Assembly: GCA_021735655.1 (NCBI GenBank)
Contig: JAIPGM010000003.1
Span: forward strand, 1 to 64,000
Length of the DNA: 64,000 nt
DNA from: Candidatus Omnitrophota bacterium
GTDB lineage: Bacteria; Omnitrophota; Gorgyraeia; Duberdicusellales; 4484-171
Reading direction: 5' to 3'
A program made the translations under genes and the position numbers. Each line of letters opens with the position of its first letter. Within the stretch, counting starts at the first letter, position 1. Positions 37,182 through 46,028 of the stretch are shown here, piece after piece. The notes beneath the pieces are model-generated. The model made no database searches and was not told the DNA's origin. It saw only the letters and a program-made list of their open reading frames with translations.

Positions 37182-38381
37182 ATGAGCTCTATGAATAAAA
37201 AAATTACTGTCAGTACATCAATTAATGACTTAATTCCTTTAAGCGTTCCTGAAATTAAGGGTAATGAATGGAAATATATAAAGGAGTGCCTAGATACCAA
37301 TTGGGTTTCATCAGTAGGAAGTTATGTTGATCAATTTGAAAATGCTGTAGCTGATTATGTTGGGCGCGGTTATGGTGTAGCTTGTGTTAATGGTACATCA
37401 GCCTTGCATGTAGCTCTTTTACTTTCGGGTATAAAATCTCAAGAGGAAGTTTTACTTCCGGCGCTTACCTTTGTCGCACCGGCCAATGCTATTTGCTATA
37501 CTGGGGCAAAGCCAGTTTTTATTGACGTTGATCTTGATAATTGGCAAATAGATACAGGAAAGATTTTAGGGTTTTTGAAAAAAGAGTGTAAATATCAAAA
37601 AGGAAAGTTAATTAATAAGAATACCGGTAGAGTAATTAAAGCAATAATGCCTGTGCATATACTAGGACACCCGGCTGATATGGACGCTATCATGAGCATT
37701 GCCCGAAAATATAAACTAAAAGTTATTGAAGATGCTGCTGAAGGATTAGGGTCAGCCTATAAAAATCGACCTCTGGGAATTTCAGGAGATATTGCTTGTT
37801 TTAGCTTTAATGGAAACAAGATATTAACTACTGGCGGCGGAGGTATGGTTGTTGTTGATAAAAAATCCTGGTCTGATCGGGCCCGTTATCTTATAACTCA
37901 AGCCCGGAATAATGTCTTAGAGAATATTCACAATGAAATTGGCTACAATTACCGCCTGACCAATATTCAAGCTGCTATGGGTTTTGCCCAGATGGAGCAA
38001 CTCGATAAATTTGTTGAGAAAAAGAGAGATATTGCTCGTCGATATAATGAGCAATTAAAAGATGTACCGGGAATCGGCTTACCAAAAGAAGCTTCCTGGG
38101 CTAAATCCAATTACTGGCTATATACAATCTTTGTTGACAGAGCTAAATATAGAATTGATAGCAGAGCTTTATTAGAAAAACTAAAAAGATCTAATATCCA
38201 GACTCGGCCTCTGTGGCACCCTTTACATTCCCTAAAGCCGTTTAAAAAGTGTTTTTCTTACAAGATAAAAGTAGCCAATAAATTGTATAAAAATTGTTTG
38301 AGCTTGCCTTCATCAGTAGGGCTTACCAAGAGCGATCAAAAGAAAGTCATCGACATTATAAAACGCAGTAGGAGCTTGTAA
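37182..38381 (+). CDS. DegT/DnrJ/EryC1 family PLP-dependent sugar aminotransferase (LegC-like)
   Basis: NGTSALHVAL and FSFNGNKILTTGGGG, with Lys present. Confidence 0.8.
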   Translation: MSSMNKKITVSTSINDLIPLSVPEIKGNEWKYIKECLDTNWVSSVGSYVDQFENAVADYVGRGYGVACVNGTSALHVALLLSGIKSQEEVLLPALTFVAPANAICYTGAKPVFIDVDLDNWQIDTGKILGFLKKECKYQKGKLINKNTGRVIKAIMPVHILGHPADMDAIMSIARKYKLKVIEDAAEGLGSAYKNRPLGISGDIACFSFNGNKILTTGGGGMVVVDKKSWSDRARYLITQARNNVLENIHNEIGYNYRLTNIQAAMGFAQMEQLDKFVEKKRDIARRYNEQLKDVPGIGLPKEASWAKSNYWLYTIFVDRAKYRIDSRALLEKLKRSNIQTRPLWHPLHSLKPFKKCFSYKIKVANKLYKNCLSLPSSVGLTKSDQKKVIDIIKRSRSL

Positions 38382-38393
38382 AAGGAGTAGTCT

Positions 38394-39434
38394 ATGAGCC
38401 CAGACATGAATATAGTGCGTTCCCAGAAACTTGCCGATAAAATTGTTATTGTAGACGGACAACCCGGTTGCGGTAAAACTATGCTTTCACCGATTGTTGC
38501 TGCTTTGGATAGGGTGGAGTTACTTATGTTTGTTTATGAGATAGAATATTTTTGCGCTTTAAGATATTTACAAAAAATGGATAAAGATACAGCCGAAACT
38601 TTAATTAAATTGATTACTGATTTAAGAATTTATAATGCAATGATGTCGCGGGAAGTAAATTTTCGCTTCAGCGATGCTTCAAGCGCCTTTAAAGATATAA
38701 ATCCCCTGAAATACATTAGGAGGCTTTTTCAAAAGGGTGATGACTTGGTCCCTGAAAGAATAAAGAACCAGAGACCAATTTTGCATTTGGCTACCCATGA
38801 TCTCTTAAGCAGGGCCGATTCAGTTTTTGCTGCTTTAGGTGAAAATCTTGTTTTTATAGAGGTGGTGAGGCATCCTTTATACATGCTTAAACAAGAAGCA
38901 GTTAATATGCAGCGGCTATTCTTATCCGATCCTAAGCATTTTGAAGTATATTTTTCTTATAAGGATAAAGAGTTGCCTTATTTTGTTTATGGGTGGGAGG
39001 ATTTATTTTTTTCTTCTAATCATATTGAAAAAGCTATCTATTTAATCAATAGCATGACTGAGAGAACAGAGGCTTTTAAGAATAATGTAGAGGAAAAGTT
39101 GAACGGAGCTAAGTTGATAACAATTCCTTTTGAAGGTTTTGTGATAAGTCCTGAACCTTATTTGAAAGAAATAGAATTAGCTTTAGACACAAAAGTAACT
39201 AAGGCTACGCGTAAAATGATGAAACGTCAGAATGTGCCACGTAAGATGTATGCTCAAGGTGTTAAACTCGATGTTTACGAAAAGTATGGATGGGAGGCAC
39301 CTAAATCAACAGATGAGTATAGTGAATTAAACCTGCGTCGGAAATTTGCCCAAGATAATGCTTCTGAGGATGCAATGGTTGTGCTTGATAGGCTTTCTAA
39401 AAAGTATGAAGATGAATATTTAAATAAAAAGTAA
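38394..39434 (+). CDS. P-loop protein, sulfotransferase-like (tentative)
   Basis: GQPGCGKT P-loop at residues 22-29. The later VVRHPLY resembles the 3'-PAPS-binding RxP motif of sulfotransferases. Confidence 0.3.
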   Translation: MSPDMNIVRSQKLADKIVIVDGQPGCGKTMLSPIVAALDRVELLMFVYEIEYFCALRYLQKMDKDTAETLIKLITDLRIYNAMMSREVNFRFSDASSAFKDINPLKYIRRLFQKGDDLVPERIKNQRPILHLATHDLLSRADSVFAALGENLVFIEVVRHPLYMLKQEAVNMQRLFLSDPKHFEVYFSYKDKELPYFVYGWEDLFFSSNHIEKAIYLINSMTERTEAFKNNVEEKLNGAKLITIPFEGFVISPEPYLKEIELALDTKVTKATRKMMKRQNVPRKMYAQGVKLDVYEKYGWEAPKSTDEYSELNLRRKFAQDNASEDAMVVLDRLSKKYEDEYLNKK

Positions 39435-39448
39435 AAGAGAGGTTTATT

Positions 39449-40111
39449 GTGAAAACAATTGTATTAGTTCCGGCAAAACTTAAAAGTGACAGAGTTCCTT
39501 TTAAAAATATAAAACAGTTAGGTGGAGTTCCTTTAGTCAATTATACCATGCGTACTTTAAATAAACTTTCAGACATTAATGATATTGTTGTTTTTGCCTC
39601 AGAGCCTTCCATATGCGAGTATATACAGCGCGGATTAAAATATACATTCCTGGAGCGTCCGACAGAGCTGGATACTCAAGATACAAAAATACAGGATATT
39701 ATAAGAGAGTTTTTAAACAGAAGTGATGCCGATATAGTTGTCCTAGTGCATATTACTTCACCATTTTTGCAGGCTGAAACAATCTCTGACTGCATAAAAA
39801 AGGTTCATTCTGGTCAGTATCATACAGCTTTCACTGCATATGAAGTTAGAAAATTCTGTTGGTTTCGCGATAAACCGCTTAACTATTCTTTAGATAAACC
39901 TACACCACGCACTCAGGATATAAACCCGGTAGTTGTAGAGCAGGCTAGTTTATATGTATTTAGGAGAGAGGTTTTTGAAAAAACAGGCCAGCGGATTTGC
40001 TCTAAGCCTTATATTAAATATATTGATCATTTCGAGGGCCATGATATTGATACTCCGGAAGACTTTAGGGTTGCAGAATTGATTGTTAATACAGGTCTCT
40101 TTGCAATATAG
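39449..40111 (+). CDS. cytidylyltransferase (CMP-sugar synthetase / SpsF-like family)
   Basis: GTG start. IVLVPAKLKSDRVPFKN motif. Confidence 0.65.
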   Translation: MKTIVLVPAKLKSDRVPFKNIKQLGGVPLVNYTMRTLNKLSDINDIVVFASEPSICEYIQRGLKYTFLERPTELDTQDTKIQDIIREFLNRSDADIVVLVHITSPFLQAETISDCIKKVHSGQYHTAFTAYEVRKFCWFRDKPLNYSLDKPTPRTQDINPVVVEQASLYVFRREVFEKTGQRICSKPYIKYIDHFEGHDIDTPEDFRVAELIVNTGLFAI

Positions 40112-40122
40112 GATGTAATTAA

Positions 40123-41262
40123 ATGGATCAAGAAACAATTTTTAAGAAAATTTACAATGTCGAACTTAACCAGGATAAGTATGACATTGTAATTGGTAAA
40201 GGTTTACTTGAAACTGCTGTTTTAGAAGCCTTAGAGAAACGGACTAAAAATAAGAATGTTGTTTTTGTCTTTGATGTATTTTTTCAAGATAGAAGCAATG
40301 CTTTTATAGATTTTTTATCTAAGGCTGGCTACAAAGTTTACCCATATTATATGGTAGCTGGCAAGCATAATAAAACTATAAGTGAGGCAATAAAAATATA
40401 CGAAATTCTTGAGGCTAACAGTCTATCTAGAGACTCAACTATAGTAGCTTTAGGAGGTGGTGTTCTTGGCGATTTAGCTGGATTCGTAGCAAGCACATAT
40501 CATCGCGGGATGAAGCTTATAAATATACCGACCACCCTTACGGCCATGATTGACAGTAGCATTGGAGGCAAGGTCGCTATAAATTTCAGAAAGACTATTA
40601 ATGCCATAGGAAATTACTATCATCCTATAGCAAATGTTATTGATTTTAAATTTATTAGTACATTACCTCAACGTGACTTTAAGGCTGGACTGGCTGAGAT
40701 AATAAAATGTGCAATTATTAACGATAAAGAACTGTTTGATTATCTTAAATCTAATAGCCAGAAGATTCTTGACCGGGATGAAGATTCTTTATTCAATATC
40801 ATGTGTCGAGCCATAGAGATTAAACTTGTTCATGTATCAGGGGATGTGAAGGAGAAGAATGAGAGACTCAAGCTCAATTACGGCCACACCTTAGGACATT
40901 CCATAGAGATTTCGACCGATGTCTTAGAGGAGATTTATCGCCATGGAGAGGGGGTGTCTCTTGGCATGGTTGCTGCAGCATTTTTGGCAAGAAAATATTT
41001 TGGACAAGGTCAAGATATCTTAGATGCTCATGAGGAGATTCTTAACCAGTATGGCCTTCCAACCCGAGTTCATGCAAAAGATATTGGTTTTGAATATAAG
41101 AGTTTGATTGAAGAATGTATGCGAAATGTTCATAAAGATAAAAAGAAAAAGGATAACAAACTCAGATTTATTCTTCCTGATGAAATTGGTAAATGCCAGG
41201 TCTACGATCGTGTGGCAGATGATGCTATCAGGGAGGCATTTGTTTATCTTATAAAGGAGTGA
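40123..41262 (+). CDS. 3-dehydroquinate synthase-like sugar phosphate cyclase / Fe-ADH superfamily protein
   Basis: LGGGVLGDLAGFVASTYHRGMKLINIPTTL and HSIE/HG metal-ligand motifs. Confidence 0.65.
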   Translation: MDQETIFKKIYNVELNQDKYDIVIGKGLLETAVLEALEKRTKNKNVVFVFDVFFQDRSNAFIDFLSKAGYKVYPYYMVAGKHNKTISEAIKIYEILEANSLSRDSTIVALGGGVLGDLAGFVASTYHRGMKLINIPTTLTAMIDSSIGGKVAINFRKTINAIGNYYHPIANVIDFKFISTLPQRDFKAGLAEIIKCAIINDKELFDYLKSNSQKILDRDEDSLFNIMCRAIEIKLVHVSGDVKEKNERLKLNYGHTLGHSIEISTDVLEEIYRHGEGVSLGMVAAAFLARKYFGQGQDILDAHEEILNQYGLPTRVHAKDIGFEYKSLIEECMRNVHKDKKKKDNKLRFILPDEIGKCQVYDRVADDAIREAFVYLIKE

Positions 41263-41263
41263 T

Positions 41264-42025
41264 ATGAAAGAAAAAAAATCTTTAGAAAGAAAAACTTGTA
41301 TTATAACTGGATCTGGTAAGGGAATTGGAAGAGCAGCCGCAGAGCTTTTTTATAATCATGGGGCTAACTTGGCATTGATTACCAGAGATAAACAAGACTT
41401 GATATCCTTAAGGGACGATGTCGGATTTGACGATGAACGAATTTTTCTAAGCCAGGGAGACGTCTCTGATGAGGAAACGGTTAAAAGATTCATACAAGAA
41501 ACTATAGGAAAATTTAAAAAAATAGATGTTCTTATTAATAATGCCGGTATACGTTTCAGGAAAGATTTTTTAGACACCACGACAGAGGAGTGGGATCAAG
41601 TAATTAATAATAACCTCAATAGCACATATCTTTTTTCTAGGGAAGCAGGGCGAAATATGGTTTCAAGAAAAGAGGGCAAAATTGTTAATATTGTATCGAT
41701 TGTAGGTACGCTTGGATTGCCTCAGCTTTCCGCATACGGAGCATCAAAAGGAGGAGTAATCACGCTTACGAAATGCTTAGCTTTAGAGTGGGCCAAATGC
41801 AATATTAATGTTAACGCTATTGCCCCAGGATTTTGCGAAACATCGTATGTAGAAAAGTTTAGAAAAAAAGAAGAACTATATAAATTTACTATAGAAAGGA
41901 CGCCGCAGAAAAAATGGGGAACTTCTCTTGACATAGCAGAAGCCTGTCTTTTCTTATCCACAGAAGCATCTAAGTATATTACTGGTGAAGTGTTAAATGT
42001 TGATGGTGGTTGGAGTGCTTGGTAA
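41264..42025 (+). CDS. short-chain dehydrogenase/reductase (FabG-like SDR)
   Basis: ITGSGKGIGRAAA, NNAG, YGASKGGV. Ends DGGWSAW. Confidence 0.8.
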   Translation: MKEKKSLERKTCIITGSGKGIGRAAAELFYNHGANLALITRDKQDLISLRDDVGFDDERIFLSQGDVSDEETVKRFIQETIGKFKKIDVLINNAGIRFRKDFLDTTTEEWDQVINNNLNSTYLFSREAGRNMVSRKEGKIVNIVSIVGTLGLPQLSAYGASKGGVITLTKCLALEWAKCNINVNAIAPGFCETSYVEKFRKKEELYKFTIERTPQKKWGTSLDIAEACLFLSTEASKYITGEVLNVDGGWSAW

Positions 42026-42091
42026 AAATAATAAATTAAGAATAAAAAATGTTTTAAGATAGTAGAAAATTATTGTATTTTGTAATTAATA
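42026..42091 (+). promoter_or_regulatory. AT-rich intergenic spacer; candidate internal promoter
   Basis: One of the few non-coding gaps above 60 nt in the locus. Very AT-rich. No terminator hairpin is visible. Confidence 0.2.
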
Positions 42092-44260
42092 TTGAGACAA
42101 ATATTTAAAATGGGAATGAGGGGTGAGGAGAAAAATAATCAGAGAAGTTATTATATACAAAATCTTACAGTCGCTCCTTGGCTAGTATCGATAGCTCCTT
42201 ATCTAATGCGTAATTTTTTCAAGGGGAATAGAAATATCAAAGTTTATTTTATCGATGCTTCAATATGTGGTTTATGGCTGGCGCGCTTCATGTTATTATT
42301 TTTTGGTCTCAAGCTTAATGAGTTGAAATTTCGTTTGGTTGATGTCCATGATGACGATGGTGTTCTTCTGCATCTACGAGTAGATTATTTTGATTCTACG
42401 GTTGTGCAAAAATATATATTGGAAAGGCCTATTTTCTCGGAGCTGTTTTTAAACAAGCCTGCTAAAAGTAGAATAGCTATGTTTTTGGCAAAACGCATTT
42501 TTGCCTCTGCTAGTAAGCCTGAATCGACATTAGATAGAGCAGTTTATCTCATTCAAGTAGTTAAGCAAAAGTCAAAAGAGTATGTAGCTGAATGCTTGCA
42601 GCCTGTTTTGTTTTTGGACAGAAGGTTGTGGATGAATGAAATTAAAAGATATGCGTGCAAGCATAATATATCTGTTATTGGCGCTAAAAGTTTTAATATC
42701 AATTTTAAATATTTTTTATTAGGGTTTTTGGGACCAAAAATAAATATTTTAAAAAATATCTATTTTTGGTTTTTAAGAATAAAAAGAAGTTTTTGCAGTA
42801 AGTATGGCTGGATTGTTAAAAATAAGAAATCAATTTCAATCGTTATCAGACATAAAAAAAATAATGCAGATAATAGCATTATTGGTAGCCAGGTAAAGCT
42901 TGGGGTTAACTATTATGGTCATCTTAATCTTAATAATCCAGAACTGTATTCGGATTTATTTTTTTTACAGCAGTCAGATTTATCAGGAAAAGATATTTTA
43001 ATCGTATCTAATATGCTGTTTGATCCCATTGATGATAAAAAATTAATGGAGATTGCCAAGCATGATATGAATGTAGTTGCGCTTTCAGCAAAGGCAACTA
43101 ATAGTTTTTCCGTGCCGTTTTTTTACCATTGGCCGAGTCGTAGCTCAAATTCATCGTTTAAGTTTATCTCAAAAAATGCTTATAATGGCGATGAGCGCAG
43201 ATGGTTTCTGCGGCAGATGAGAGACTACTATAAGGATTGTAATTATTGGCAGGATTTTTTTGCAAAGCATAATGTTAAGGCATTTATGACTTGGTATAAG
43301 TATGATGCTTCTCACTGTGTTGTTGCCGATGCCATGCGGAATGTTGGAGGAATAATGGCTGTTTATCAACGCGCCTTTGAGGAATTTCCTTCTTGCAAGA
43401 CAACGATTGCGTCTGATGTTGTGTTTGGTTTTTCGCCTGCAAATGCTGAGATTGAACGTCTTTCCGGTTCACAGATTTCCTACCATATTTCTACAGGTTA
43501 TTATGCTGACTACAGGCTACCTTTGCTAAAGGCGCATGCACAGAGGGTGCGCACATCTCTACAGCAAAGAGGAGCTAAACAAATTATTGCTTATTTTGAT
43601 GAAAATTCCGGAGCTGATTCTCGTTGGCATAATGGGCATGAATCTACAATAGCTAATTATGATTTTTTACTTAAAAAAGTTTTATCTCAAAAATGGTTTG
43701 GTCTTATTTTAAAACCTAAGGTTCCCTCAACGTTAAGATTGAGGCTGGGGCTAACGGCAGACTTACTTAAGGAAGCAGAAGCAACTGGAAGGTGTTTTGT
43801 CTTTGAGGCAGGGGCCTTGCATAGTGCCTACCCTCCCGCTATAGCTGCTCTAGCTTCTGATATCGCCATCCACGGTCATCTGTATGCTGCAACAGCTGGG
43901 CTTGAATCAGCGCTTGCAGGAGTCCCTACTCTTTTACTTGATCGTGAAGGCTGGTCGATTAGTAAATTATACCATTTGGGTTTAGGACGGGTAGTTTTTA
44001 CTGATTGGCAAAGTCTTTGGAAAACATATATTGAATATTGGCAGGATTCCAGGAAGGTGCCAGGCTTCGGCGATTGGTCTTCGATGATAAATGATTTAGA
44101 TCCTTTCAGAGATGGCCGAGCAGCAGAAAGAATAGGTACATACTTGAAGTGGTTGCTTGACGGCTTTAAGCAAGGGCTTAAACGAGAAGATATTATGGCT
44201 TCTGCCGCAGAGCGTTATGCTAGGATTTGGGGAAGTGATAAAATAGCTACACTGGGGTAG
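42092..44260 (+). CDS. large hypothetical protein (722 aa), GT-B-like C-terminal region; candidate glycosyltransferase
   Basis: The C-terminal AIAALASDIAIHGHLYAATAGLESALAGVPTLLLD resembles the GT-B nucleotide-binding half. Confidence 0.3.
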   Translation: MRQIFKMGMRGEEKNNQRSYYIQNLTVAPWLVSIAPYLMRNFFKGNRNIKVYFIDASICGLWLARFMLLFFGLKLNELKFRLVDVHDDDGVLLHLRVDYFDSTVVQKYILERPIFSELFLNKPAKSRIAMFLAKRIFASASKPESTLDRAVYLIQVVKQKSKEYVAECLQPVLFLDRRLWMNEIKRYACKHNISVIGAKSFNINFKYFLLGFLGPKINILKNIYFWFLRIKRSFCSKYGWIVKNKKSISIVIRHKKNNADNSIIGSQVKLGVNYYGHLNLNNPELYSDLFFLQQSDLSGKDILIVSNMLFDPIDDKKLMEIAKHDMNVVALSAKATNSFSVPFFYHWPSRSSNSSFKFISKNAYNGDERRWFLRQMRDYYKDCNYWQDFFAKHNVKAFMTWYKYDASHCVVADAMRNVGGIMAVYQRAFEEFPSCKTTIASDVVFGFSPANAEIERLSGSQISYHISTGYYADYRLPLLKAHAQRVRTSLQQRGAKQIIAYFDENSGADSRWHNGHESTIANYDFLLKKVLSQKWFGLILKPKVPSTLRLRLGLTADLLKEAEATGRCFVFEAGALHSAYPPAIAALASDIAIHGHLYAATAGLESALAGVPTLLLDREGWSISKLYHLGLGRVVFTDWQSLWKTYIEYWQDSRKVPGFGDWSSMINDLDPFRDGRAAERIGTYLKWLLDGFKQGLKREDIMASAAERYARIWGSDKIATLG

Positions 44261-44298
44261 TTATCCAAATGTAACAATAGGTTAGAGAAGATATAACT

Positions 44299-45051
44299 GT
44301 GAATATACAAATTTTTATAAAAAAAGTTAAAAATAAACTGAAAACATTTTGGTTGCAAATAGCTACCTTAAGGAGTGCTAATTTGCGTTGGTTGTTTCGG
44401 AATCGTTATTTGCGTATGGATGCTAATGTAACAACAAATCCGGTTGAGAGAAGGATTTTTCATATTGATCGATATAAATTCGCCGTGAATAAACTTAGAA
44501 AAGTTTATAGCGATACAAGGAATTTACTTATTGTTGATGTTGCTTGTGGTACAGGGTATGGCTCGGATATTTTAAAAAAAGTTAATCCGAAAAAAATAAT
44601 AGGTATTGATATTTGTCCTGAGACAGTTAAATATGCTCAAAAAAAATATGGAACGCATCATTGTATTTTTAATACTAGCGATGCTGTCGAAATGAATATT
44701 ATTAAATCAGGAACTGTCGATGTGGTCGTTTCATTTGAAACCATTGAGCATTTAGAGCAGCCGATAATTTTTTTGAAGAACGTAAAAAGGGTATTGAAGA
44801 ATAAAGGATGCTTAATTATTTCCACACCTAATAGTTGGGGAGAAACAAGAGACCATAGGTTTGATTATGATTATCAATTGCTGAAGACTCACCTTGAACA
44901 ATTCTTCACGATAGACTCTATGTATGTTCAAAATAGCGGAAGTATGAATTTATGGATGAATAGAGGTTTTCAGCGGCGGTTAATTCCAGTGAGTCCCGAT
45001 AACGTTAATGAGGCCGAATGTTTTATAGCCATAGCCAGAAATTATTTTTAA
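44299..45051 (+). CDS. class I SAM-dependent methyltransferase
   Basis: GTG start. LIVDVACGTGYGS motif I and DVVVSFETIEHL. Confidence 0.65.
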   Translation: MNIQIFIKKVKNKLKTFWLQIATLRSANLRWLFRNRYLRMDANVTTNPVERRIFHIDRYKFAVNKLRKVYSDTRNLLIVDVACGTGYGSDILKKVNPKKIIGIDICPETVKYAQKKYGTHHCIFNTSDAVEMNIIKSGTVDVVVSFETIEHLEQPIIFLKNVKRVLKNKGCLIISTPNSWGETRDHRFDYDYQLLKTHLEQFFTIDSMYVQNSGSMNLWMNRGFQRRLIPVSPDNVNEAECFIAIARNYF

Positions 45052-45082
45052 TAGTGTTGTTTTGTGCAGAGCGAATAAATTT

Positions 45083-46018
45083 ATGAGAAATAAAATTAAT
45101 TTTTTAAAGGGATATGTCAAAAGGTATGTAGTTGCTGCATATAAACGACAGAAGTTACAGGCAGGTGAGTTTCCCCCCCAGCTATGGATAGAGAATACCA
45201 ATCATTGTAATGCAGCGTGTGTCATGTGTCCTCGTGATAAGCATAATCGGTCGCTTGGTTTTATGGAGTTTTCCCTTTTTGAACGTCTGATTAAGGAAAT
45301 AGCTGTACATAAAAATAATGTTTCAGCTGTTCATATGCATAATTATGGCGAACCGCTTATGGATAAAGAATTAATCAAAAAAGTAAAACTAGCTAAGGAT
45401 TATGGGATAAAACATGTTTATTTTGTTACCAACGCAGCATTGTTGACTAGTGATTTATCAGAAAAGCTAATAGCCTCAGGGCTTGATCAATTTAAAATAA
45501 GTTTTTATGGAACCGATAGACAAACATATAACGCTACAATGAGAGGGCTTGATTTTGATCAAACAATGTCTAATGTTAAGCAATTTTTCCAAATACGAAA
45601 GAAGATGAAGTCCCTTCAACCTAAAGTTATAATTCAATACCTTCCTCAGTCTCACAACAAGGCAGAAATTAGCAAATTTAAAAGTATTTTTGATTCCATG
45701 ATTGATTCTAAATTAGGCGATAGGTTGAATATTTATTCTTTGTTGAATTTCGGGGAAGGGAGAAGTTATAATAACTTTGCCAGAAGAATAGTTAGTTCAA
45801 TATGCAATTATCCGTGGAGGACTATGGTGGTATTGCATGATGGCCGGGTTACGGCTTGCTGTATGGATTATAATGGGGTTTTATCTATGGGAAATGTTAC
45901 TCAGAGCACTATAAAGCAAATATGGAATAACCAAACTTATAAAAAAATCAGAGAGGATTTTAAAAAGCTTGATTACAAAGAATACCAGGTTTGTAGAAAT
46001 TGTGATCTTATTTTTTAG
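45083..46018 (+). CDS. radical SAM protein
   Basis: HCNAACVMCP CxxxCxxC motif. Starts at ATG 45083 or at the upstream in-frame TTG 45062. Contains a C7 tract at 45173-45179. Confidence 0.6.
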   Translation: MRNKINFLKGYVKRYVVAAYKRQKLQAGEFPPQLWIENTNHCNAACVMCPRDKHNRSLGFMEFSLFERLIKEIAVHKNNVSAVHMHNYGEPLMDKELIKKVKLAKDYGIKHVYFVTNAALLTSDLSEKLIASGLDQFKISFYGTDRQTYNATMRGLDFDQTMSNVKQFFQIRKKMKSLQPKVIIQYLPQSHNKAEISKFKSIFDSMIDSKLGDRLNIYSLLNFGEGRSYNNFARRIVSSICNYPWRTMVVLHDGRVTACCMDYNGVLSMGNVTQSTIKQIWNNQTYKKIREDFKKLDYKEYQVCRNCDLIF

Positions 46019-46028
46019 GTAAATTTTT

